A stretch of DNA of 54,967 nucleotides, taken from positions 1-54,967 of the forward strand of contig JABFSN010000060.1 in assembly GCA_013140575.1 (NCBI GenBank), written 5' to 3'. The first letter of the stretch is position 1. Every line of letters starts with the position of its first letter. The notes under the pieces were generated by a model that made no database searches, had not been told where the DNA came from, and saw only the letters and a list, made by a program, of their open reading frames with translations. Positions 29,238 through 37,797 of the stretch are shown in pieces. Origin of the DNA: Phycisphaerales bacterium. GTDB lineage: Bacteria > Planctomycetota > Phycisphaerae > UBA1845. The position numbers and the translations under genes are program-made.

Positions 29238-29270
29238 CCGCTCCCTTACGGTCGCGGCTCGGAAAGACGC
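29238..29270. repeat. right arm of 33-bp perfect inverted repeat; followed by tandem cggctcggaaag x2
   Basis: ccgctcccttacggtcgcggctcggaaagacgc is the exact reverse complement of 26880-26912. Confidence 0.7.
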
Positions 29271-29304
29271 GGCTCGGAAAGCTGGGAATAGCCCCGAACC
29301 GGCG

Positions 29305-29362
29305 GGCTCATTGCTACGGTCGCGGAATCGCCGGCGGGTCGTCGTGGCGGCCGGTGGAGCGA
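29305..29362 (-). pseudogene. remnant of the 3' end of a DUF1559 gene (duplicate of the 30092-30138 sequence)
   Basis: 29324-29357 is 34/35 identical to 30102-30135, the last codons plus stop of the intact DUF1559 gene. On the minus strand it reads ...RHDDPPAIPRP*, against ...RNDDPPAIPGT* in the intact gene. Confidence 0.5.
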
Positions 29363-29376
29363 GATCATCGGGCGAT

Positions 29377-29763
29377 TCAATAGGGCACTTCCAAGGTGAT
29401 CGACTCAAATCGTGAAAAATGCTTCTTGTCGAGCGATACGACGGTGGCTCCGATCCGTGCGGCGGTCGCGGCAATGAGGCAATCGAGCCAACCGACGCCG
29501 GTCGAAAGGCGCAATCGTCGTAGCGACTCAAGCGACGTGGTCATATCGTCCGGCGTTGGACGGTGAACGTGAAACGTCGCTACCAAACGATCGATCGCCG
29601 CGAGTTCGCGGGTGTCTCTCGCGCCTGAAATCAGCTCGGCCACAACCGCGGAATGGGTCGTCAGGCGAGTGGCGCGGTATCGGGAATGAAGGTACAGTTG
29701 CGCGAGGTTCCTCCCTCGTAGAAAGTCGACGAGTATGGAGGTGTCGATCAACAATTCACTCAT
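29377..29763 (-). CDS. vapC: PIN-domain toxin VapC
   Basis: 128 aa. LLIDTSILVDFLRG N-terminal acidic motif, and PIN-fold acidic residues distributed through the length. Confidence 0.8.
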   Translation of the reverse strand: MSELLIDTSILVDFLRGRNLAQLYLHSRYRATRLTTHSAVVAELISGARDTRELAAIDRLVATFHVHRPTPDDMTTSLESLRRLRLSTGVGWLDCLIAATAARIGATVVSLDKKHFSRFESITLEVPY

Positions 29764-29980
29764 TCATTCCCTCATGTTCGATGGTTGCACGAAGCCGGCG
29801 GGAAGTTTCAACGGAATCGGTCATGTCCGTTCGGTCCCGCCAAATGCCGAAAGCGGGATGCGTTTGAAAGGGACTCCCGTCTTCCTCAATGAGCGAGACC
29901 TCGACGACCGCGCCATCTGGCAACGTCGCCCCTTTGTTCATCACGACGACCCCGTTCTGAACGACGCCTCGATAAGTCAT
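29756..29980 (-). CDS. vapB: VapB-like antitoxin (small PIN-associated antitoxin family)
   Basis: 74 aa, YRGVVQNGVVVMNKGATLPDGAVVEV. Overlaps the vapC start by 8 nt. Confidence 0.6.
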   Translation of the reverse strand: MTYRGVVQNGVVVMNKGATLPDGAVVEVSLIEEDGSPFQTHPAFGIWRDRTDMTDSVETSRRLRATIEHEGMNE

Positions 29981-30091
29981 AGAGATCGCCTCCCTTGACG
30001 CGCATTATATCACACAGCCACCCGTCGAGGCCACCGCATTGCGAATATGTCCGCCCCGAAAGGCCGCGAAACAGCCGCAGCAAGCAGCGGA

Positions 30092-31000
30092 TTACGTCCC
30101 CGGAATCGCCGGCGGGTCGTCGTTGCGGCCGGTGGGGGTGAACCAGCGGTTGGTGGGCGGGTCTTCGACGGGTTCCAGATCGACGTAGGCGCCGCTGGGC
30201 AGAATGCGGTAGCCGAACTGTTGCGGCGTGCGGGCTTCGGCGTGTCCGTCGCAGAAGATGGCGTTGGCCTTGCCTTCGTGACGTGGATCGACCGACGTGC
30301 GCGGCGAGCCCACGTCGCCCGAGCCGCGGTCGGAGACGGCCGTCAGACGCGGCGGGTCCAGCGTCCAGCCGTGATTGCCGGCTTCGGCGAAGTCGGTGCC
30401 GTTATTGTGGTAGGGCTTGCGCTGGTCGAGCGGCTTGCCTGCCGCCGTGCCCAGGCAGTCGGTGCCCATCACCATGCCGGAGACGTTGACGATTCGCGAG
30501 CGGATTACGGGGAAGTTATGAAACTGCCCGGCCGTCTTGCGGGCGTTGCCGAGGAAATGGTGGTTGTAGCCGAAGGCGTGGTTCCGTTCGTCGATCCATT
30601 GCGACGCGGTGGGGCACTGGTAGACGACGGAATCGTAATCCTGCCGGTCGTCGGTGATGCTGGGCTTGTCGAACGCGAAGATTCCCACCTGCCGGCCCAT
30701 GGTCGCCACCCAGCGCGGGCGATATTTCAGGCCGTTGCCGATCTCGTACCAGTTGAGCGGATTGGTCTTGCCGCCGGGTTCGTTGCCGTACCGCCCGGGC
30801 AGGCAGACGTCCTTGTTTTCGTCGGCGTACATGTGCCAGCCGTGGGACAATTCACGCAGATGGGACATGCACACCAGCCGTTTGCCCTGCTTCCGCGCGC
30901 CGGACAGCGATGGCAAAATGATGCTCAACAAAAGCCCGAGGATGGAAATGACCACGAGCAGTTCGATCAGCGTAAACGCCCGGCGGCTTCGTGCATTCAT
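30092..31000 (-). CDS. DUF1559 (H-X9-DG) prepilin-type N-terminal cleavage/methylation domain protein
   Basis: Start MNARSRRAFTLIELLVVISILGLLLSIILPSL. C-terminal HEGKANAIFCDGH gives the H-X9-DG motif. Confidence 0.85.
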   Translation of the reverse strand: MNARSRRAFTLIELLVVISILGLLLSIILPSLSGARKQGKRLVCMSHLRELSHGWHMYADENKDVCLPGRYGNEPGGKTNPLNWYEIGNGLKYRPRWVATMGRQVGIFAFDKPSITDDRQDYDSVVYQCPTASQWIDERNHAFGYNHHFLGNARKTAGQFHNFPVIRSRIVNVSGMVMGTDCLGTAAGKPLDQRKPYHNNGTDFAEAGNHGWTLDPPRLTAVSDRGSGDVGSPRTSVDPRHEGKANAIFCDGHAEARTPQQFGYRILPSGAYVDLEPVEDPPTNRWFTPTGRNDDPPAIPGT

Positions 31001-31127
31001 ATCGCTCGCCTCCTGTCGCCATGAATCATTGGTACGCCCAAGTCGCGTGTGTTGATCAGAACCCGCACCGCGAGTGGCGGGACGACCACGACAGTCGTCC
31101 GCATTCCCACTCGTCGAAGGCCGGTAC

Positions 31128-31160
31128 TGAATCGGCCCCGGACTTCCGTCCGGGGTTCTG
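31128..31160. repeat. repeat family C (tcggccccggacttScgtccggggttctg)
   Basis: Hairpin ccccggac-ttcc-gtccgggg. Other copies at 35587-35620 (+) and 9433-9458 (reverse orientation). Confidence 0.55.
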
Positions 31161-31233
31161 ATGCCCCGGTACGCAAACGTACGCATCCGAGTGATGCCGA
31201 CGCATTGCAACCGTCACCCTCATTCCGGCACCG

Positions 31234-32397
31234 TCACGCCACCTTCGCGCAGACTTTCTTCGCCGCGTCGGTCAAGTCGTCGGCGGGGATCAACTGCGGA
31301 ATCCGTGCTTCCTTCAACATCGGACGGGCCCGGTCTACATTCGTGCCTTCCAATCGCACGACGACCGGAACTTTGAAACCCACCTCGCGGGCGGCCGCGA
31401 TGAGCGCTTCGGCGATTACGTCGCACTTGGCGATGCCGCCGAAAATGTTCACCAGAATGCCGCGGACGTTTGCGTCCGATAGAATGATGCGGAAGGCCTC
31501 GATGGCCCCGTCGCGGGTGACCGATCCGCCTACGTCGAGAAAATTCGCCGGTTGGCCGCCGTGGAGCTTGATGATGTCCATCGTCGCCATCGCCAGACCG
31601 GCGCCGTTGACCACACACCCGATGTTTCCGTCGAGGGCGATGTAGGACAGGTTGGCGGCCTTGGCCCGCAGTTCGTTTGCGTTTTCTTCCGCCGGATCGA
31701 ACATCTCCTTCAGACGAGGCTGGCGGAAAAGGGCATTGTCGTCGAAGTTCATTTTGGCATCGATGGCTACGATCTTCCCGTCCTTCGTTCGTACGAGCGG
31801 GTTGATCTCGGCCAGCGCGCAATCGTATTTGTAGAACACGTCCACCAGGCCTTGCAGGACGCGCTTCACGCCCGCGACCTGCTGCTTGTCGGTCAGGCCC
31901 AGCGCCCGGATCAACCGGGCGGTATGGAAACCCATCAAGCCCAGGTGCGGATCGAGCCATTGCTTGACGATGGCGTCGGGATTGCGGGCCGCGACCTCCT
32001 CGATCTCGACGCCGCCTTCGCGCGACACCATCACCACCGGGCAGCGCTTGGCGCGATCCACGACGACGGCCGTGTAGTATTCCGCGTCGATGTCGACGGC
32101 GGCCGCGACGAGCAGTTTCTTGACCGCGATGCCATCGGGACCGGTCTGCGCCGAGACCATGCGATTCTTGAACATGAAATCGGCCGCGGTGCGGACCTCG
32201 TCCGGGCCGCGGCACAGCTTGACGAAACCAGCCTTGCCGCGTCCGCCGGCGAAAACCTGGGCCTTGACCACGACCGTGCCGCCGATTTTGCGGTAGGCGT
32301 CGAGCGCCTCGCTGGAATTCTCGACGACTTCCGACGGCGGCACGGTTACGCCGGCGTCGGCCAACAACTGTCGGGCTTGGTATTCGTGGATTTTCAT
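31234..32397 (-). CDS. sucC: succinyl-CoA synthetase (ADP-forming) beta subunit
   Basis: MKIHEYQARQLLADAGVTVP ATP-grasp N-terminus. Full-length, about 388 aa. Confidence 0.9.
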   Translation of the reverse strand: MKIHEYQARQLLADAGVTVPPSEVVENSSEALDAYRKIGGTVVVKAQVFAGGRGKAGFVKLCRGPDEVRTAADFMFKNRMVSAQTGPDGIAVKKLLVAAAVDIDAEYYTAVVVDRAKRCPVVMVSREGGVEIEEVAARNPDAIVKQWLDPHLGLMGFHTARLIRALGLTDKQQVAGVKRVLQGLVDVFYKYDCALAEINPLVRTKDGKIVAIDAKMNFDDNALFRQPRLKEMFDPAEENANELRAKAANLSYIALDGNIGCVVNGAGLAMATMDIIKLHGGQPANFLDVGGSVTRDGAIEAFRIILSDANVRGILVNIFGGIAKCDVIAEALIAAAREVGFKVPVVVRLEGTNVDRARPMLKEARIPQLIPADDLTDAAKKVCAKVA

Positions 32398-32479
32398 ATC
32401 GACTCCTGTTCCTGATTTCGGCGGCGGCATCGGATTCTGCCCGACGGGCAGTCAATTCGCAAATCTGTTCCGCGCGGGT

Positions 32480-32507
32480 GTGACAGTTAGGTACAAGCAG
32501 GTATGAT
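32480..32507 (+). promoter_or_regulatory. candidate sigma70-like promoter (gtgaca - 16 nt - tatgat)
   Basis: -35 gtgaca at 32480-32485, a 16-nt spacer, and -10 tatgat at 32502-32507, pointing toward the + strand gene at 32586. An imperfect palindrome ctgcccgacgggcag lies at 32438-32452. Confidence 0.3.
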
Positions 32508-32585
32508 CGTGCGTTCCCGCGAAACCGGGGTCACCCGGCTGCCGGCGATCAGCGGTCCCGCGCCGAAGCGGGATTTGAGGTTGAA

Positions 32586-33053
32586 ATGAGCGGAATCCAA
32601 CGCACGGGTCTGGAGCCGGACGTCCTGTCGCTGATCGTATGTGACCAAATCATCACAGATCGCATCACCGGCAAGCAATCGCTGATCGGCATGTTCAGCC
32701 GCATTCACGCGACGCGGTTTCCGGCCACGCAGCCGCAGTTGTGCGTGCATGTGTCGTTGACCGACGGCCGGGGGAGTACGCCGCTGACGCTGAAAATCGT
32801 GGATTCGGAGGAATCGCGGGACCCCATCGTTCAGGGACAGGGAGTTGTCGAATTTGGTAATCCCCGGGCGGTGGCCAATCTGGCGTTACAGTTTTTCGGA
32901 CTGGTTTTCCCATCCCCCGGAGAATACCGGGTTCAACTGTTCGCCAGCGGCACGTTGTTGCGCGAGGCCCGGCTGGAACTGCTGCCGGCCAAACGAATGA
33001 AGGCTCCGCCGGCGCCGCCGAGCGAACCGCCCGCCGAATCGCCGCCTGGTTGA
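32586..33053 (+). CDS. hypothetical protein
   Basis: 155-aa ORF with a Pro/Ala-rich C-terminal tail and no recognised domain. Divergent from sucC. Confidence 0.4.
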   Translation: MSGIQRTGLEPDVLSLIVCDQIITDRITGKQSLIGMFSRIHATRFPATQPQLCVHVSLTDGRGSTPLTLKIVDSEESRDPIVQGQGVVEFGNPRAVANLALQFFGLVFPSPGEYRVQLFASGTLLREARLELLPAKRMKAPPAPPSEPPAESPPG

Positions 33054-33218
33054 CCGCGCCCCGCGGACGATTACGATGCCCGTCGAAACTACTACGTTTG
33101 TAGGAGTCCGGCCGGAACCGCGTTGCCGATGGCCGCGCCGGAAGTAGGATCACGACGCCCGTGCGTACACAGGCGGAGCGCTGTTGCGATGTCCCGGGGC
33201 AAATCGAAGGAGTCCGTC

Positions 33219-33668
33219 ATGGCCGCCGATACAGGTGGAGATTTTCCGACCATCATCGGTCCGGATGCGAATTTCAAGGGCGAGTTGCGGTTCGAGAAGG
33301 CGGTGAAGCATCTCGGGCGATTCGAGGGGACCATTGAAAGCAAGGGTCGGCTGTTGGTGGCGGAAGGGGCGTCGCTATCCGGCGACGTCAAGGCCGAGAC
33401 CATCGACGTGCAGGGAGAAGTGAAGGGCAATCTGCACGCGACGGGCAAGGTGTGCCTGACCTCGACGGCCAAGTTGGAGGGCGATCTGCACACGGCGCGT
33501 CTGGAAGTGAACGAGGGCGCGGTGTTTGTGGGGCGATGCGTGGTGGGCGCGAACGGGGCGCGGCCGACGCAGGAATCGAAACCCGCGGCAGAAACGAAAC
33601 CGGCGGTCGATACGCGACCGCAGGCGGATCAAGGCCGGGATCGAGCGGCCGTCGGCGGAAAGCGCTAG
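33219..33668 (+). CDS. bactofilin (polymer-forming cytoskeletal protein)
   Basis: Start at MAADTGG with a GAAGGAG RBS. Repetitive beta-helical G-rich pattern (GELRFEKAVKHLGRFEGTIESKGRLLVAEGASLSGDVKAETIDVQGEVKGNL...) with a Pro/Ala-rich tail. Confidence 0.75.
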   Translation: MAADTGGDFPTIIGPDANFKGELRFEKAVKHLGRFEGTIESKGRLLVAEGASLSGDVKAETIDVQGEVKGNLHATGKVCLTSTAKLEGDLHTARLEVNEGAVFVGRCVVGANGARPTQESKPAAETKPAVDTRPQADQGRDRAAVGGKR

Positions 33669-33680
33669 CCGGCCTCCAAC

Positions 33681-34109
33681 ATGCTGAAGCGTCAGGCTTC
33701 GACGAGCGACGGCGGGCGGACCGTGCATTGCACGCATTGCGGGCGGGCGCAGGAGGTTGCGCGTCGGGCGATGTCGGTGTTTTGCGTGCACTGCACGCAG
33801 CGGTTGATCATCGAGGATTACACGATCACGAGTTACCATGCGACGCGGATGTTCGCGACGTGCGGGGACATCGTCGTGGAAAAAAGCGGGTTCGTGTCCG
33901 CGCCGATTCGCGTTCGGCAATTGACCGTGCGGGGCCGCGTGCAGGGAAACGTGGAAGCGCGGGGATGCGTGCGCATCGACCGGACGGGTCAGTTTCGCGG
34001 CGACATCGTGGCCCCGCGTTTGGTTGTGGCGGACGGGGCGCAGCTGAATGGATACTTGCGTATTGCCCCGTCGTCCGCCGGCGATAGGATGGAGGAACGA
34101 GCTCCATGA
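33681..34109 (+). CDS. bactofilin paralog with N-terminal zinc-ribbon
   Basis: N-terminal CTHCG...CVHCT (two CxxC pairs) followed by a bactofilin-like repeat region (GDIVVEKSGFVSAPIRVRQLTVRGRVQGNVEARGCVRIDRTGQFRGDIVAPRLVVADGAQLNGYLRI). Confidence 0.6.
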   Translation: MLKRQASTSDGGRTVHCTHCGRAQEVARRAMSVFCVHCTQRLIIEDYTITSYHATRMFATCGDIVVEKSGFVSAPIRVRQLTVRGRVQGNVEARGCVRIDRTGQFRGDIVAPRLVVADGAQLNGYLRIAPSSAGDRMEERAP

Positions 34110-34147
34110 CGCTGTTGTAACGGCGGGCGAATCCGACAAACCGAAAG

Positions 34148-34223
34148 CACGGGCAAGCGAGTACGCTTGCCGGTGCCACCCGAGCGACGCACGGGCATGC
34201 GGGTACGGCGGCCCGTGCCACCC
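34148..34223. repeat. REP-like family B copy
   Basis: cacgggcaagcgagtacgcttgccggtgccaccc, then gcacgggcatgcgggtacggcggcccgtgccaccc. A partial copy also occurs at 171-193. Confidence 0.55.
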
Positions 34224-34277
34224 GCACGTTTCAGGACGTCGCAACGCTCGCTTGATTTTCGAAGGGCCGATCCACGC

Positions 34278-35027
34278 GTGAACAAGCCACCACTTCACCC
34301 GCTGCGCCTGTCGGTCTTTTTTCCCTGTCACAACGAGGAGGCCAACGTCGAACGGACGACGGCGGCCGCGTTGAAGGCGTGCCGGCGGCTGGCGGACGAG
34401 TTCGAGGTGATCATCGTCAACGACGGAAGTAAGGACCGCACGGCCGAATTGGCGGATGGGTTGGCCGCGCGGCATCCCGAGGTGCGGGTGGTGCATCATC
34501 CCCGCAATTTGGGGTACGGGTCGGCGTTGCAGTCGGGTTATCGGGCGGCGCGGAAGGATTGGGTGTTTTACACCGACGGCGATGGGCAGTTCGATTTCGA
34601 GGAGATCGAACGGATGCTGCCGTTGCTGCAGTCGCACGATATTGCCAGCGGCTACCGGTTGAACCGGCAGGATAACTGGCAGCGGCGGCTGAACGGGTGG
34701 CTGTGGACGCATCTGACCAATGTCGTGTTGGGGTTCACGGTGAAGGACGTGGATTGTGCGTTTAAGTTGTTTCCCCGTCAGCTCTTCGATCAGATCGAGA
34801 TGCACTCGACGGGGGCGCTGATCGACGCGGAAGTCCTGGCCCGGGCCACGCGCCTGGGGTATCGCATCGGGCAGACCGGGGTGCACCATTATCCGCGGCA
34901 GGTCGGCGAACAAAGCGGAGGCAACCTGCGGGTGGTGGCCCGGGCGTTTGTGGAACTGTTCCGGTTGCGACGGCGGATCCGGCAAACTTCGCCGCCGAGG
35001 GCGATCGGCAGCGCGGTTGAATCTTGA
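34278..35027 (+). CDS. family 2 glycosyltransferase (Dpm1/GtrB-like)
   Basis: LSVFFPCHNEEANVERT, IIVNDGSKDRT and YTDGDGQFD match GT2 DXD/ED-type motifs. GTG start at 34278, just past a REP element. Confidence 0.7.
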   Translation: MNKPPLHPLRLSVFFPCHNEEANVERTTAAALKACRRLADEFEVIIVNDGSKDRTAELADGLAARHPEVRVVHHPRNLGYGSALQSGYRAARKDWVFYTDGDGQFDFEEIERMLPLLQSHDIASGYRLNRQDNWQRRLNGWLWTHLTNVVLGFTVKDVDCAFKLFPRQLFDQIEMHSTGALIDAEVLARATRLGYRIGQTGVHHYPRQVGEQSGGNLRVVARAFVELFRLRRRIRQTSPPRAIGSAVES

Positions 35028-35109
35028 CACGGCGGGGTCGCCCAGTAGGATTCGGTCGCGGGATTGAAGCGCGGGTTGTGGTTCATCGTTCCATAGGGAG
35101 GTCACGTCA

Positions 35110-35484
35110 ATGCGCGGGATGGCACTTGGTCTGCTGGTGATGGGTGGTCTTTTGACGTTGGGCTGCAACAAGCCCGAAACGTCGGTGGCGCCGAAGCAGG
35201 GGGCGGATGTCAGTTACGGGGCGATGCAGCCGGACATGTATTCGACGACGCCGGCCGAATCGACGCCCACGTCGTACGATACGGCTACCGATCCAGGATA
35301 CGATTCGGGGCCGGTTTCGGGATCGGGACGTACGCATGTCGTGGCGAAGGGCGACACGCTGTTCAAGCTGGCGAGGCAATACTACAACGACCAGTCGAAA
35401 TGGCGCGACATCTACAACGCCAACCGGTCGATTATGAGCGACCCCAACCGGCTGAAGGTGGGGCAGGAGTTGGTGCTGCCGTAG
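35110..35484 (+). CDS. LysM-domain lipoprotein
   Basis: Signal plus lipobox (LTLGC). C-terminal LysM: HVVAKGDTLFKLARQYYNDQSKWRDIYNANRSIMSDPNRLKVGQELVLP. Confidence 0.8.
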   Translation: MRGMALGLLVMGGLLTLGCNKPETSVAPKQGADVSYGAMQPDMYSTTPAESTPTSYDTATDPGYDSGPVSGSGRTHVVAKGDTLFKLARQYYNDQSKWRDIYNANRSIMSDPNRLKVGQELVLP

Positions 35485-35712
35485 GCCGTCCCGAGCGGGC
35501 CCGGCGATAGCTACTTGATTGCATCACCGAAGTGGCGGCGCGCGTCGGGCTTTCGGTGCCGATCCACGGCACTTCCGGATCGGTGGTAATTCGGCCCCGG
35601 ACTTGCGTCCGGGGTTCTGGATCGTTCGCAGGCCTGCGCATGGCTTGTTCGAGAACGATGCGCGTCGTCGAGGCAAACCACCCTACGGAACCCCCGTCGT
35701 GCGGTCGAGGCC

Positions 35713-37797
35713 GTGGCAACGTTTGATCTGAATACGCCGGTTCAATTCGTGCGCGGCGTCGGACCGATCCGCGCGGGTGAGCTGGCGGCGCTGGGCATTG
35801 AGACGGTCGGCGATCTGATCGAGTACGTCCCCTTCCGTTACGAGACATTTCCGAGGTCGGTGCCGATCGGGCAGCTGACGGCCGACGGCAACGAGACGGT
35901 GATCGGTGCGGTTCATTCGTTGAGACGAAGCGGGCCGCCGGGGGCTCAGCGGGTGACGGCCACCGTCGTCGACGGCACGGGCCGTTGCCGGGTGCAATGG
36001 TTTCATTCGCCGTACGTAGCCGACCAGATACAGCAGGGGGATTGCATTCGCGTCAGCGGACGGGTGACGCAATACCGCGACCTGGCCCAGTTCGTCAATC
36101 CGCGGTTCGACATTCTCGACGATGCGAAGGATCCGTTCGGTCGCGACGAGGACCGTTTCGAGGCAGTCTACCCGGCCACCGCGTCCATGCCGGCGAAGGC
36201 GATCGGCCGGATGGTGGCGGGCGTGCTGCACCAGGTCATTGACCGCGTGGTGGAGACCTTGCCGGAGTCGATTCGGCGGGGGCGGGGTCTTGCGCTCCGG
36301 CGAACGGCCATTCTGCGCATTCACCGTCCGGTCCGAATCGAAGACGCGGAAACCGCGCGCCGCCGTCTGGCGTACGATGAATTGTTGCTGACGCAATTGG
36401 CCATTCGAATGGTCCGCCGTCGGCGGGACGTGGACCAGTCGGCCGCGGCGATCAAGGTAGACGATCGCGTGGACGCGCGCATCCGCCGGCGGTTGCCGTT
36501 TGCGTTGACGCCCGGACAGGAAGGAGCCGTCCGGCAGATTGTCGCGGACCTTCGTGACACTCGCCCGATGCATCGGCTGCTGCAGGCGGATGTCGGCGCC
36601 GGCAAGACGGCCGTTGCGGTTTATGCGGCGTTGGCCGCGATTGCCGCGCGTCAGCAAGTCGCCTTCCTGGCGCCGACGGAAGTGCTCGCGCAACAACATC
36701 ATCGCAAGGTGTCGCAGTATTTGACGGACAGCCGCGTGCGGATCGGGTTGTTGGTGGGCGGGCTGGCTACGCGGCCGCGAGCCGCGTTGCTGAACGCCGT
36801 GGGCGCGGGCGAAATCGACCTGCTGGTGGGCACCCACGCAATGATTGAGAAGGACGTGTCGTTTCGGTCGTTGGGGCTGCTGATCATTGACGAGCAGCAC
36901 AAATTCGGCGTGGCGCAGCGGGCGATCGCCCGCGCGAAAGGCGGCTCGCCGCACACGCTGGTCATGACGGCGACGCCCATTCCGCGAACGCTGGCCATGA
37001 CATTTTTCGGCGATCTGGACATCACCACCATTTCCGATTCGCCGCCGGGGCGGCAACCCATTCGAACGCACGTCGTACGGTCGGCCGACGCGGACGGGAT
37101 GTGGAACGCGATCGGTCAACGCACGCAATCGGGCGAACAGGCGTTCGTGGTGTGCCCGTTGGTCGAGGAATCGGACGAGTTGGACGCGAAGGCCGTGACC
37201 GTGGAATGCGAGCGCCTGCGCGGCGGTCCGTTGCGCGGCGTCGGGATGGACTTGTTGCACGGACGGATGACGGCGGAACAAAAAGAAAACGTGATGCGGC
37301 GGTTCCGCGACGGCGAGGTCCACGTGCTGGTCAGCACCACGGTGATCGAGGTCGGCGTTGACGTCCCGGGCGCGACGATGATGGTCATCGAGGACGCCGA
37401 TCGGTTCGGGTTGAGCCAACTGCACCAGTTGCGGGGCCGAGTCGGTCGAGGCCGGCGGGCGTCCGACTGCTGGTTACTGACGGATGCATGGCACGATGCG
37501 GCAAGGGCAAGGCTTCAGGTGCTGGTAGAATCGACGGATGGATTCCGTATCGCCGAAGCCGACCTCGCGTTACGCGGGCCAGGCGATTTGCTCGGCAAAC
37601 GGCAGCATGGCATGCCTGATTTTCGGGCGGCAAACCTCGGGACGGATCTGGATCTCGTCGCGGCCGCCAACGCCGATGGCGGGACGATTCTCGAACGTGA
37701 CCCACTGCTGCGGTTGCCCGAATTCCGAGCGTTGGGCGATGCGATCAGACGGCGTTTCCGTGGTTCCGGCTTCCTCATTGATTCGGCCCCCGCGTAG
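35713..37797 (+). CDS. recG: ATP-dependent DNA helicase RecG
   Basis: Wedge-domain N-terminus, Walker A ADVGAGKTAVA, DEQHKFGV (DExH box) and full helicase motifs. 694 aa. Confidence 0.9.
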   Translation: MATFDLNTPVQFVRGVGPIRAGELAALGIETVGDLIEYVPFRYETFPRSVPIGQLTADGNETVIGAVHSLRRSGPPGAQRVTATVVDGTGRCRVQWFHSPYVADQIQQGDCIRVSGRVTQYRDLAQFVNPRFDILDDAKDPFGRDEDRFEAVYPATASMPAKAIGRMVAGVLHQVIDRVVETLPESIRRGRGLALRRTAILRIHRPVRIEDAETARRRLAYDELLLTQLAIRMVRRRRDVDQSAAAIKVDDRVDARIRRRLPFALTPGQEGAVRQIVADLRDTRPMHRLLQADVGAGKTAVAVYAALAAIAARQQVAFLAPTEVLAQQHHRKVSQYLTDSRVRIGLLVGGLATRPRAALLNAVGAGEIDLLVGTHAMIEKDVSFRSLGLLIIDEQHKFGVAQRAIARAKGGSPHTLVMTATPIPRTLAMTFFGDLDITTISDSPPGRQPIRTHVVRSADADGMWNAIGQRTQSGEQAFVVCPLVEESDELDAKAVTVECERLRGGPLRGVGMDLLHGRMTAEQKENVMRRFRDGEVHVLVSTTVIEVGVDVPGATMMVIEDADRFGLSQLHQLRGRVGRGRRASDCWLLTDAWHDAARARLQVLVESTDGFRIAEADLALRGPGDLLGKRQHGMPDFRAANLGTDLDLVAAANADGGTILERDPLLRLPEFRALGDAIRRRFRGSGFLIDSAPA

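Noticed and set aside
29118-29531. 137-aa - strand ORF overlapping vapC 3' end and the orphan direct repeat
   Set aside because: Its frame conflicts with vapC. It is Arg/Pro-rich and explained by the repeat and pseudogene fragment.
31220-32455. 411-aa - strand ORF in alternate frame over sucC
   Set aside because: It shares a strand with sucC but is in a different frame and extremely Arg-rich. The sucC frame has the unmistakable ATP-grasp N-terminus.
33375-35171. 598-aa - strand ORF
   Set aside because: Antisense to the bactofilin, Zn-ribbon bactofilin and GT2 genes. It spans a REP element and is Arg/Pro-rich.
35683-37425. 580-aa - strand ORF
   Set aside because: Antisense to recG. No domain is recognisable.
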